A stretch of 64,000 nucleotides of DNA from the NCBI GenBank assembly GCA_051362555.1, contig CM120640.1, forward strand, positions 18,662,001-18,726,000, read 5' to 3'. The stretch's first letter is position 1. Each line of letters begins with the position of its first letter. This document shows positions 13,158-24,242 of the stretch, one piece after another. Under the pieces are notes generated by a model, which was not told the origin of the DNA, made no database searches, and saw only the letters and a program-made list of their open reading frames with translations. Made by a program: the position numbers and the translations under genes. This DNA comes from Lingula anatina. Its lineage: Eukaryota; Animalia; Brachiopoda.

Positions 13158-16100
13158 TTAAAAGTCCATGGACGTTAAAGGGATGACGCTGTTTCGTTTC
13201 CCTCGCCTCCCTCGGTACGCTTCGCCACCTTCCGCTAGTTCCGTCGGGGTGGAAGTCCGTGACCACGCCTCTCTTGGCTTTGCTCCGGCAGAAGGTTCGG
13301 CGGTCGGCTGCTCCTCTGGGAGAGCAAATACCTCATCGGCTTCATGAAGGGATCCGATCCCTTCGTCCGTGTCTAGAATCTGGCTCCCAGTTTCATTCAC
13401 CGATAAATGGATGGCAGATGCTGTCCTCGGAGCCGCGTTTTTGGCGTTAAGGAGGGTCGCGGCTGACGACCGTCTACTGAACGAACTCATGTCCTCAGCC
13501 TCTTCATTTTTCTTTTTACGCTTACATTTGCGATAAAAGGCGAACAGTCCAATGGAACAGCCCAGGGCGACCAACAAGGCTACACCGGTGGTTATTCCAA
13601 TTACTGGGTTCAACCCGTCGCTACTTTGCCTTGAACCACCTGTTTTTCCCAACGTGGTGGAATCGACGGACGCGGACGAAACTGTCGATTTGAAAGTGGA
13701 GGTGACTGAAGTGGTCTTTATGGTTGTCACTGTGGTTGTCACTTGTTCATCTGTTGTCACAGTAGGTTGTGCTGTTGAAATAACACTGCCATCTGAAGGT
13801 GACGTGAAAAATTGAAGACCTGATGTCAACGCCAATGTAGTCTGGTCAGGTGCTGACGCAGTGGTGGCCAGTGGTAGCAACTCCGCCAAGTCTTCGTCCA
13901 CACGGCCATCCCCGTCGTCGTCGATGCCGTTATCGTGCTCCTCATCGATGCGCCCATCACAGTCGTTATCAATGCCGTCTCCCGCCACGTAAGTCGTAGT
14001 CTGACAGTAACTGTACAGCGGGGAATGGCGCATACCAGCAGGGTGGCCGTAAGCTTCATACTTCACGAAACCGTACGAAAGAACCATGAACGTTGCCGTT
14101 GGATCAGAGTGTCTTACAGAGTGTTCCCCGGGATTGATATGCAAGGTTGCGGCGGAGAATCCCGAGTCGCCAAGCTCTATCCAAGATGGGCCACTGATTT
14201 CATTAAACGAACCTCCTAACTTAAGTCCTTGCCTTAGGTTTGATTTTATTACTACTGCAATGAAGTTAGAGTACTTTTCCATTATCACTCCTTTGAAAGT
14301 GTTGAAGACATATTTATGAACATACTGCTCGACTGGAGGGACAATCATCATAAATGGATCGCCTTCAGTGAAGTCTGAGGTCGCTGGAAGTAAGAGGAAT
14401 TGGGCGTTACTAAATTTCTATCAATGTCAGAAAGGAAAACCTAATTTGTAATACATTTGGTGGCCTTAAAATATTCTGTTAATGTGTTTAGTGTTGGAAA
14501 ACTTAAATAAATTAAAGGTTTTTTCTTGTATCTTAACAAAACTACTTAGGTACTTTGAAAACACGATATAACGCATAACTGCTTTACTGAAGTTCATTTA
14601 AGACGGTCACCGACAACGGTAAATGGCGAAGGTCCAAACCGATGAATAAAACATCAAACCCTTAACATTAAAATCTAACTTATGTGTCAATGGTAAACTA
14701 AACTCCAGTTTAAACTGTTACATGCATCGTTCATCTTCCACTTCCGGAAAAGAAATAAGCAGCAACAATCCCAACACAAAGCATGAAACAGCATGTAATC
14801 TTGAATAATAATTTGAAATATTAGTATTATACGTTAATATGAATGGAAAGGGGCAATTTTTGACTTAAAAAAAAAACGAAATGAAAATGACTTACATGAC
14901 TTGCTGTACTGTGCAAGAAGAATCTGTTTTGATGCATTCAGGACTAGATATTCATCAGAAGCCGCATATTCCAACAGATATTCTCCTTGACGCAAAATGG
15001 TATGTACTTGCCTACTTTTCAAAGGCAAAGTCGTATTACTCGTATCTCGTCGACTTCTTGAATGGCGATACCTTTGTACTTCGACTTCAGTGTTGTCTTC
15101 ACTAGCTAAATAAACAATTTAATAAGTTGTAGTATATGTAGTATTTTAAGGCTCTGTATTGAACTGCCATGTATTATATCAAATTCTTACTGTATTACAT
15201 TTCATAGGCAAGCCTCTAATAAACTTCTTGAACCTTGAAAATAAGATATCACTTACTTGTTAGGTCTCTGTATTACAGTAACACATAGATAATGCGTTGT
15301 AAATTATGCAGGCTAGTATGTGATCTTACCTAATACTTTGAACACGTCCCCCGATTTTCTCTCTGCCAGTGGAACAGTCACAAAATGTTTCCCCCAGGTA
15401 GACACTGGTGGTATCATCTCTTCAATATGATCATATGAATTTTTCCAACCAGTTCCATTAATTGTCACCTCATCTAGGCTGTCTTTGTCCCATTCGGTAC
15501 CGTTAATCAATATTGTTTCGTTACCAAAAATAGATGTCCGCTCGTTTCCAGATACGACTACAATGGGCTCTTCAGAAGTGATTATGGTCCCTGTGAGATC
15601 TTTGTTACACAAAATTTGAAAAGTTGAACCATAGTATATCGACATATCAAACCCATCTATTTGTACAGAAAGCGGATTGGTGTATCCAGGGATTGTAGCA
15701 AAATGAATTGCATCTGGATCGTCCGATCTCCATGGAAATGTGAAGTTCACTTGAAAACTATCTGCTGCTGGGTCCCTTACTATTGCCGGCGCTACAACTT
15801 GAAAAAATCAATGTGCACTATTAGTATCAATTAGTATCAAGTTACGTTCAGAAACAAGAATAAGAAATAAGATAGAGACTTCTTAATACTAACAAACTCT
15901 GAATATACATTTTCCTTATAGCATCATGCCTAAGTTGGGCTGTTCAAATGATGATGCATTATTAATTTGCTCTTTTTTACAAAGCACAGTAGTGAGTATT
16001 AAGTCAGATGAAAAAATAGCCACACACGCATAAAAAAAGCTTACAAGCAACTTTGTTGAACCAGCGTATTAGTATGAAGAAGACAATATATATTTTTAAA

Positions 16101-19100
16101 CCAAACCCAATCTAATTAATGCACCTCACCTATTCTTCTATTATATACTGACAGTCAATGAAAACGCATCAGAAAACCTTTTTGTACTTTTTTACCGAGA
16201 ATCGATTCCAACCATATAACGAGTACAAATGCACTTGTTTGGTCATACAGGGTTACCACTTAATATGGAATATTATTTTTTGGCGAATAAATTTTCTACA
16301 AAATATTTATGTTCTCTCTAACTACTTTAAATCCAAAACTGAGGTGTCACTTCATGTGTAGTCAGGTATGTTACCTAATTACCACACAACTCTCGAAACA
16401 ATTGATGCATGCAGTTGCATGTTCTGTGGTCAGAAATGTGAGGGGTGTTTTTTTCGGCAATTTCTGCCCTTGTATAAAAACGCATGGGTTTGGCCAATCT
16501 TTGGAGTGTATTAAGAGAAGCAACAAAGGGATCATTCTGAAACTTGACAGGTATCTTAAAGAAGATATGGTACAACAGCTTAGCGACGCAGCTTACTATG
16601 GGATTCTTACCCTCAGAGAAAATGGCCAGAAACGGACAGCCATTGCCAGGCAATTCAACATTTATCAGGAACAGTTAGTAAAGTCCTCCAAAGAAATGCT
16701 ACAACAGGGGCACCTACTCCAATACCTCGACCAGGGTGTCTGGGTATCACACCAAGAAGACAGGATCGCCTTCTCCTTAGAGTGCGCCGTGCTGGTCGTA
16801 CAAAGACAACCAGTGTCCTCAGAAAAGAGTGGCCGAATGTCATTCAAACGCCCGTTTCAAGGTCCCTCGTGAACAAGAGTTAACTGCAAGCCGGTTATTT
16901 TGCACGAAGACCAGTAGGGAAACCACTGTTAACAGCAAGTCATATAAGGCGACGTCTGCAATGGGCTAGGGACCACGTGCGTTTGCAGCCAAAACACTGG
17001 AATCACGTCGTTTTCGGTAATGAAGCCAGATATGGAGTTTTTAGGGTTGACGGTCGAATACGTGTCCGCCGACGTGTACGAGAGGCATAAAACGATGATT
17101 GAGTACTGCCTAGGGTACAAGCAGGGGGTGATAACGTCTCTGTTTGGGGAGCATTTCATGCCGGTGCCCAGAACCAGTTTCTGAAGTGGTTTTTCTAGGA
17201 GGCAATCTCAACCAGGGTTCCTACAGAGACATTCTACAGCAAACAATGCTTCGATTTGTAAGATCCATCTTCAGGAACAACTTTGTGTACCAAGACAACT
17301 GCGCAACCCCACATCGAGCTCGCAGAATCACTGTTTTTCTTCGAAACCAATGGGTTCAGCAACTGCCCTGGCCTGCAAACTCCCCAGATATGAACCCAAT
17401 TGAAAGTCTGTGGGCGGAAGTAACTCACAGAATTAATAGCTTTGGTCATCGGCCGGTAAATAGTGATGAACTGCGACATGCAAATATCACTGCCTGGAAT
17501 GATATCCCCATCCAAACTATAAAAAAACTTGTCACAGGGTATGCCATGTAGGATGAGGGCGCTGCAAGCGGCTGCTGGAGGTCATACCCGCTATTGATGA
17601 CTTTTCATGATTTAACGTAATGAGTTTTTTGACTGTGTAACATATCACTGTCCGGAGGCTATCATTTTCTTTAATATCTTAGCTTAAAATTAATACTGAC
17701 ATCAAATTGTTGATATGGTTTTCTGGGGGTGTTCTTTTCTTTTGAATGACATCTTATGTCAGATTTGATATTATAGATCAAAATATCTCACAATAGAAGA
17801 CTGGATATTTTTATCACTCAATGACATACTTTTTTGATGAATCAAGCTGAAAATTTGTTAATCAGCACTCAAAAATAACAATGATAAAAAATATTCCATA
17901 TTAAGTAGTAACCCTGTAAGAGAGGGGGCTGACCACTCGGATGTTTAAAATTTCCGCTTCAGTGATTTTGTGATCAGCTGTTACAAAATCATGTGTTTTT
18001 CCTGTCTCATGATTGGTGTGAATTAACCAGGTTCAATATATGGTGATTAATTAAGCCTATTTAAGGTAGTCACCAAATCCAGTATGACACATGACAAAAA
18101 AGTTCAGTGATGCCACGTCTGACACTGGAAGAGCGACTGCGGGCCCTGGGGATGCTGGGCGGAACCAAAGAGACTTTATCACGTGACCTTGCATTTTAAT
18201 GATCTTTTCTTACCTTTATTTCACCTTGTGTGACTGAATAATGGCTCATTATTTGATAAATAAATGATGCGTTTTCATTGACTGTCAGTATACATGGCAG
18301 TAACGACAATCCCTTGACATGTCTCAAAGACAAATAACAAGTGAATGTTATATCCGTTCTTAACTTGGATTTAAGAATGCCATTCCAGCAAATATGGAAA
18401 CTTACCAATAAAAGATGATCCAAAACTATGGCCGAAGTATGTTTTCCTCCAGGATGGAACCACGTAGTGCTTCCCCAATCCAGCTGCTGGCAGTACCAGA
18501 AAAGAATCCGTGCTGGCGTTGTCCTTATTTACAGCGAAAACGGAAATTTTTATGTCACTTTCTACAACAAACGTCCTCTCTTTCATGTGATCAAGAAGGA
18601 GCTTATTATACATTTTTACTTTGTTGATGTTGTTCCGATTTTCTAGTTCGATAAGTTTCACTTGACCTGGATTTAACTGAATCTGAAATTAAAACAAACA
18701 CATTTTATCATGAATCTTTTCACGGGCTTTTGAGTTCTTTCTTCTCATTATCTTAACTCTCATATAAGATTAAGATTATTTTGTTTTTGAATGTTTGAAT
18801 GTTACAAATTAATAGTTTGACAGTAATTGAATTATCTTATGTGATGGTAAGTAAGTAAATAAACAGCGGTCCAAATTCAAGATGTCTCTGCATTAGCATA
18901 CATTACAGACGTAAGTGTATTATTATTTTGAAAAATGTTGTTGCATCTCAGAAAGGCTCGAGTGTTTCTTAATCCAAATTGTTGTAAAATGATCTTTATG
19001 TCTCCTCATTGCAAAATGATCTTTTTACATGACCAACGTAAAAATTCAGATAGCATATGATTTTCATTTTCTACTATGTACGATGTCTTGTAAGTGTCGT

Positions 19101-19711
19101 CAAATGGATTTGTTTATGTCAAATCATTTTGCCAGGTATCACGCAGCAAGTGTATAAATGAACTTAAAATGCAGTAACATATTCAAATGAAAAAATAGGC
19201 TAAAGCTACTTCTTTTCAAAACCCGTGACAAGAACCGAAGCAGGAGACGAACTTGTTTAATTCAATTTTAAAAGACGGAGAAATTTACCGGTGGTACTAT
19301 CTGGTTCTGCGATTTAAAATCACCTAGTTTGAACACATTGACAGTGCCTGTGTCTTTATCATTGTTGATAATGTGGATCTCTCGAGGGATGGGATTATCT
19401 AGTCCACTTGGTCCAAACACAACCATGAACTGTTTCTCAAGATCAGTGGATGCTCCTGCAATAACGATTTATCTATCTTTAAGGCAGGTTTTCTTCTCAA
19501 CATAGCACGAAATGTTGGAAAAACCATAGGTTTCTTACTATATGCCTTTAAAACATATACCACAGGTTACATATACTCAAACGTGACATTAGAGAATCTT
19601 ATTCAATTTCATCAATCAGGGTACAACTATCCAGGTAGGAAGAAGCCACTTACCTATTCCAGTTGGAATAAATGGTAACAGAAAAGCACACACAAGAATC
19701 ACCATGGTCAT
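13158..19711 (-). CDS. Gene A: IgGFc-binding-protein N-terminal domain type I membrane protein (801 aa, 6 exons)
   Basis: Exons 19711-19654, 19455-19289, 18682-18406, 15797-15330, 15105-14896, 14383-13158 are all GT-AG and give a continuous 2406-nt frame. It has a signal peptide, FCGBP-N motifs (STDSFLVLP..LGKHY, DHIEEMIPPVSTWGKHF, GDPFMMIVPPVEQY, YEAYGHPAG), a GDGIDNDCDGRIDE repeat, an S/T-rich stalk, a TM helix VIGITTGVALLVALGCSIGLFAFY, a basic stop-transfer and a cytoplasmic tail. Confidence 0.88.
16248..17916 (+). mobile_element. Tc1/mariner DNA transposon (decayed transposase) in intron 3 of gene A
   Basis: TIRs CAGGGTTAC(C/T)ACTTAATATGGAATATT at both ends, flanked by a TA TSD (16246-47, 17917-18). 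Absent from the homologous introns of B and C. Confidence 0.93.
16567..17597 (+). pseudogene. Frameshifted Tc1-type DDE transposase
   Basis: HTH start MVQQLS...AIARQFNI, then HVVFGNE (first catalytic D degenerate), YQDNCATPHRAR, WPANSPDMNPIESLW and a C-terminal GGHTRY*. Split over several frames. Confidence 0.85.
17919..18165 (+). mobile_element. 5' fragment of a second Tc1-like element
   Basis: ATG at 18110 gives MPRLTLEERLRALGML, the typical N-terminus of Tc1-family transposases. Region absent from B/C introns. Confidence 0.55.
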
Positions 19712-19778
19712 CTTTCTTGGTTTTAATCCTTCCCGGTAGAATGAAAAACGTACGTTTTTGAAAAGCATCATAGGTGAT

Positions 19779-19897
19779 CTATATTTATTTTGACTCAGAA
19801 ATAGTTTTCTATGACATAAAAATAGTCAGCTCGGTTCGTCACTTCGTCCCAGATAGGCTGCATCCAGGGGCTCCAAAAGGATGGGAATTTTCATTGG
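19779..19897 (-). promoter_or_regulatory. Putative proximal promoter of gene A (TATA-like, AP-1, kappaB-like, CCAAT)
   Basis: AATAAATATA ~19780-19789 (minus), TGACTCA 19791-19797, GGGAATTTTC 19883-19892, CCAAT 19893-19897 (minus). Same arrangement upstream of B. Confidence 0.4.
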
Positions 19898-22800
19898 TTA
19901 AGAATAATGCTACGGTGGAGATATTTACTCACTAGGATATCCCATGCGTTGGGCACATGCTAATTTTAGGCACCGTACTTTAGAACCCCAAGGTTACTAC
20001 GTGATTTCACACCTTAAACTAAACATCCATAGACTGTGTCGGAAAGGAGTAACATCTTCGGATGGCTTGGTCCCCTTCTCCTCAGATCGAGTATTGGATT
20101 CATTTTAACTGAATGGGGACGCATACTCTTTTTTCGAGATCATTAAAGTATACGTAAGCTTATTTGACATGCATGGAGTACAATGGTCTGGTGTAATTGC
20201 TGTCACATTTAAAGTTGATTCAATTGCAATGAAAGGAGACATCAATTATGCTGTTCTTGTGTAGTTGTCCCTCTTGAATGCTAGTTTGGTTTCTTTTATT
20301 CAAACTACAAATGCAGTGTTCGGTTAGCTATTATGAAAAAAGAACTGATCAAGATTTCAAAGACATATCTTCGTTGAAGCAACTGTAATCTGTATTTGAC
20401 ATAGAATTAGGTGTTATCTATTCTGTGGAAAATCTAATTAAATTTTGTAGGCATTTTTATGTTGAGATAGTTTTAATCAATTTTATCATGTCATTGGTCG
20501 CATTACGGGCCTAATAGATACTTCAGAAGAACCAATATGCCTAAATGGAGAATTTCAATAAACTGAAAGGATGACTTCGTGAAAATATTACAAACTTTAT
20601 TTTTTAAGAAAAAAGATCGTTTCACATGGGCTTATTGTTAAATAGAAAAGGTCTGCTCAACTTTTTATGTACAATGTCATCATGTTCGAAGGAAAAATCC
20701 TACAGGTACAGCAAGCATTTAATGCTGCAAGATGATAAATAACGCTAAAAGGCATAGGCCAAAGACTGCCCCCCCCCTTTTTTTCCTTTTTGAAAGAGTT
20801 TATGCCACTATGACAAAAACAGTAGTTGTGGATATACTCGGATTTTTGAATACGTGGCAATTATGGTCCAATCTGAGAACAGGAATGACAAGTTGCCCAA
20901 GACAGCTAAAGAAAACTGGAAACACTGACGCTCAGACCGTAATGAAACGACAGTCAAATATTGTAGCAGCTGTGTCACCGTTACTAGATGATGTTTAGAC
21001 CCGATTTAAAAGTACATGCACACTAGCTGTCATAGTGGTCGCCATATATCTATAGTTTCTGTACTGACATCCCCGAGTATCAACCCCCATACCCCTGAGT
21101 ACTAGGCCATATGTTCAATGATGAAATCATGAATTTTTAGAACGCATTTTAAAAAGGTTCTCAATTTAGTGGTAAGTGTACCTTGTTTATCTTCTATTGT
21201 ATCAGACGCCATATTTTGGGCAAATAGTTCATGTTTAAATTTATCAGTCGTCGTCACGTCTCTGTGAACAAGATGTTGGGTAACTAAGAAGATAATTATC
21301 ATAAAGATTGGTAAGAAAAGGAATTAAAGAATATCTCATTAAATTACGACGTAAGCTCGGAAGTATTAGTTTTTATTCAGCTCAGCAGCGAAGTTACATG
21401 ATACAAACGCAATTTACTTCATACATTAGTAAACGATACACTGGGGGATTGGTTGAATTTTAATAAGCAATTAACCACACCTGAGAATTCCTACCTACAT
21501 GATATTTCACAATAGAGTCCTGTCATCCATGCAGCTGCTCTAACACAATCCCCTCAAGCAAATTCTCACAATCCTTTGAACTTCAGACACTACGGGAAAA
21601 TCAATTGGATGCCCAGTACGCAAGCAGAGCAGTCAATTTATTCATCATTATCAATCTTATTTCTATATTATACAAAATACAACGTTCACGGAAAATAAAA
21701 ACGAGGGGATTCATCTGTGACTGTGAAAATAGAGAGGGCAGAAAGAGATAATGCCAGAAAAAAAAAACTTCCATAACAACATTATCCAGATATTCATGTT
21801 ACATAGCGATATACGTAGGTTGATTTTTAAATCTTTATTTTTTGAAATAAGAAATTATAATAGACACACATAGGCCTACAGCAGTATCACAATTTGAGCA
21901 GTAGCATTGTAAGAGAAGTTCTTCTCGCTTCTTTGCGTGTTCACTCCCTTCTGAATCTCCCCCTTTGAAAGTAAATTAATCTAAAATGTGGTATCATGGC
22001 ATTGAGAAGATTTTTCTTTTCATTATAAGTGAATAGCTCTAATCAAGGGATGTTTATAATTACATTGTTTTTTCTACTTAATTGATAAAGACAACATTTT
22101 AAAAAAGAAAAGCTAATAAGAATTTGCATCTACTATGTCAAAAATTCGTAATTTTTATAAAAAAATCTTAAAAGCTAACATTTGCATAAATAATGAACCA
22201 AAGGCTCCATTGTCTGGATTCTGCAAACGCGTATTAATAGGTTCAAGAAATCATATGATTTTAACACTTCTTCGAATAGAATGTCCTCCAAAGGCAGACT
22301 AAATTTAAAATAAAGAACGATTATAGAATTTAAATCTTTTGCATTCGGAATTTCGCAGCGATACTCGCGAACCTATTTTCCGAGAATTGGCCCACTGGGT
22401 TTGAAGTGCATAAATGTGTATGCCAAGTCTTCGTCAACACGGCCATCTCCGTCGTCGTCGATGCCGTTATCGTGCTCCTCATCGATACGCCCATCACAGT
22501 CGTTGTCAATGCCGTCTCCTGCCACAGAGGTCGTGGGTTGACAGTTCCTGTACAACGGGGAATGGCGCATGCCAGCGGGGTGGCCGTAAGCTTCATACTC
22601 TACGAAACCGTACGATAGGACCATGAACGTTGCCGTTGGATCAGAGTGCCTCATGGTATGTTGTCCGGGTTTTATACGCAGCGTTGTAGCGGAGAAGCCA
22701 GAGTCACCCAGTTCCATCCAACGATGGCCGTAAACCGAGTTAAAGAGATTTCCGTCCAATACAAGTCCACTTGTTTGGTGTGACTGGACGGCTACGGTTA

Positions 22801-23081
22801 TGAAGTTGTTATACTCCTCTTGTATCACTCCTTTGAAAGTTGTGAAGGAGTATCTTCCGCGGTACTGCTCGACTGGGGGAATAACCATCATCAGGGGATC
22901 ATTGTCGGTGAAGTCGGCTATTGCTGAAAATAAGCATTTTAGTACAATTTTAAAAATATGACAAGGTTTACACTGAAGCTGGAATTGAATCCTCTGCAAT
23001 TGAAGTCAATTCTGAAAGTTTATTTCAGTATATCAAACAAGTACCGTACAGTAATGTTTTTTGAATATTTACCTAGTTTTA

Positions 23082-24242
23082 AACCCCCTTTACACTGGAC
23101 GGCGTCCTTTCTGCGTCCTTTGTGCGACCATGAAACTGGCCAGGGCTCCGTATCTCGAAAGGTTCGCTATGTAGCGCACGTGCGCAAGCGTCTCGATTCC
23201 ATGGCCCCGTATCTCGAAATATAATCGGTTATGGAATCGAGACACTTGCGCACGTGCGCAACATAGCGAACCTTTCGAGATACGGAGCCCAGGACGCCGC
23301 CGGACGCTCAAAGAACGCACAGTGATCGCTAAGGTCGCACAAAGAACGTTCAAGCATCGCCGAGGACGCCAAGGACGCTGCGAAGTTTTGAGCATGTTCA
23401 AAACAATCGCAGAGAGAACGCGATGGAGAATGGTCGCTCAATGGACGCAGAAAGGACGCACAAGCATAGCTTTGGTTGCAGAATGAAAACTCAAAGATCG
23501 TCCAGTGTTCGCCACGTAGAACATTTTTTTTCACTCTCAAACGGGGCCGTGCTAAGGTATTTTTTTACCAGACAGGAATTCTAAGGGCAATAGTGGTCTC
23601 ATATCAGCCTCCAATTGTTTTTTCCCTAATTCATGAAACGATCCATTTTTTAGGTTATTATAAAACGAATATTTTGCCTTTTTTACAAGATGCATTAATT
23701 GTCAGAACTTTTTGCAGAATGCGTCATTTGAAAACGGATTCAAATATTCTGTTGTGTCAGTCATACTTTCTCGTTTTCGGCGCCTGTCCATCCTTCTTAT
23801 AGGGATAACAATGAGCATCTGGCTGATCATCAGTCCATGCAGACCTTGCATCACTATAGTTACAGAGAACGCAGCAAGAATTCTCAATGGTCGCTCAAAC
23901 ATCGCAATGGACGCCTTGGGTTGCACACGTTTGTACACGTCATGATGGACATTTACAGGTGTAGGACCAGAGCAGAGCCTCTTGTAAACAGTTTAGAACC
24001 AAGGGACCGAGTTTGATTTGAGGACCAGAAGAGAGGCTTAACAGACGTACAGTGGAGGGAGGCAGGTCGCTCGCAGTTTTACAGGTAAAATCAAGATTCG
24101 GGCGTTCAAGGGATGCACATGGGACGCAGACGCCTTTACACTGAGACACGATTTAATTGATTTGGCGACCGTTGAGCGTCCTGACCACATTTTCGAACGC
24201 AGAAGGGACGCAGAAAGGACGCCGTCCGGTGTAAAGGGGCCC
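23082..24242. mobile_element. Non-autonomous PIF/Harbinger-type DNA transposon in intron 5 of gene B
   Basis: TIRs ..CCCCTTTACAC(T/C)GGACGGCGTCCTTTCTGCGTCC, 3-bp TTA TSD (23079-81, 24243-45), GC-rich. The homologous site in gene C intron 5 (~30610-30630) is empty. Confidence 0.85.
23144..23289. mobile_element. 146-bp palindromic MITE nested in the Harbinger-type element
   Basis: ~58-bp inverted arms beginning GGCTCCGTATCTCGAAAGG, short spacer, CAG direct repeat on both sides (23141-43, 23290-92). Confidence 0.8.

Noticed and set aside
13885-14000. Bacterial contamination suggested by the GC-richer DNDCDG-repeat segment
   Set aside because: The segment is within an exon of a six-exon GT-AG gene, contiguous with animal genes.
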